Both the position numbers and the translations under genes were made by a program. Shown here piece after piece: positions 63,891 through 64,000 of a DNA stretch of 64,000 nucleotides. A model generated the notes under the pieces. The model was not told the origin of the DNA. It worked only from the letters and a program-made list of their open reading frames with translations, and ran no database searches. Source of the DNA: Balanoglossus misakiensis (Eukaryota > Animalia > Hemichordata); contig CM082586.2 in the NCBI GenBank assembly GCA_040954595.2, positions 2,113,124 to 2,177,123 on the forward strand. Reading direction: 5' to 3'. The first letter of the stretch is position 1; every line of letters starts with the position of its first letter.

Positions 63891-64000
63891 ATCTGGTTTC
63901 CGTCAGGAACAGACAGCAAGCATAAGTTTGATTTGATTTGTGACATTTGTCGGTTAGTTTTGCTACAGGAGATACAATTACTTGTGAGTACAGGCGTTCC

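Noticed and set aside
63698-63946. ORFs with YSTVQ and YCTVL repeats
   Set aside because: They are translation artefacts of the (CAGTA)n microsatellite.
1-64000. CRISPR arrays, rRNA, intact tRNA genes, prokaryotic operons
   Set aside because: None were seen. The sequence is intron-containing animal DNA with no repeat-spacer arrays.

Overview
This is AT-rich eukaryotic (metazoan) genomic DNA, not prokaryotic. It has spliceosomal introns and patchy CpG depletion, and the repeat families suggest a marine invertebrate deuterostome, probably a hemichordate (inference from recalled repeats, not a search). The left end holds a tight three-gene cluster in about 7.4 kb. FAM8A1 is on the minus strand (5 coding exons, one GC-AG intron). 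A divergently transcribed BTB-BACK-Kelch-like gene is on the plus strand (2 coding exons, 176 bp between the two ATGs), followed by a mitochondrial-type crotonase/enoyl-CoA hydratase (plus strand, 6 coding exons). From about 13.4 to 59.8 kb I found no convincing protein-coding exon, only decayed LINE-like remnants, MITE-like elements, candidate regulatory motifs and several candidate non-coding exons. The most unusual feature is a CpG-rich ~325-345 nt element at 17.95-18.29 kb that can be folded by hand into a closed multibranch RNA structure and matches no ncRNA I recognise. It sits at the start of a ~20 kb CpG-depleted, apparently exon-free domain. A probable first coding exon at 59883-59984 encodes both RVxF-like and SILK PP1-docking motifs; its downstream exons were not found and probably lie beyond the window. 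A double-inverted-repeat element (60.9-61.2 kb) and a (CAGTA)n microsatellite lie near the right end. All splice, fold and motif calls were made by eye.
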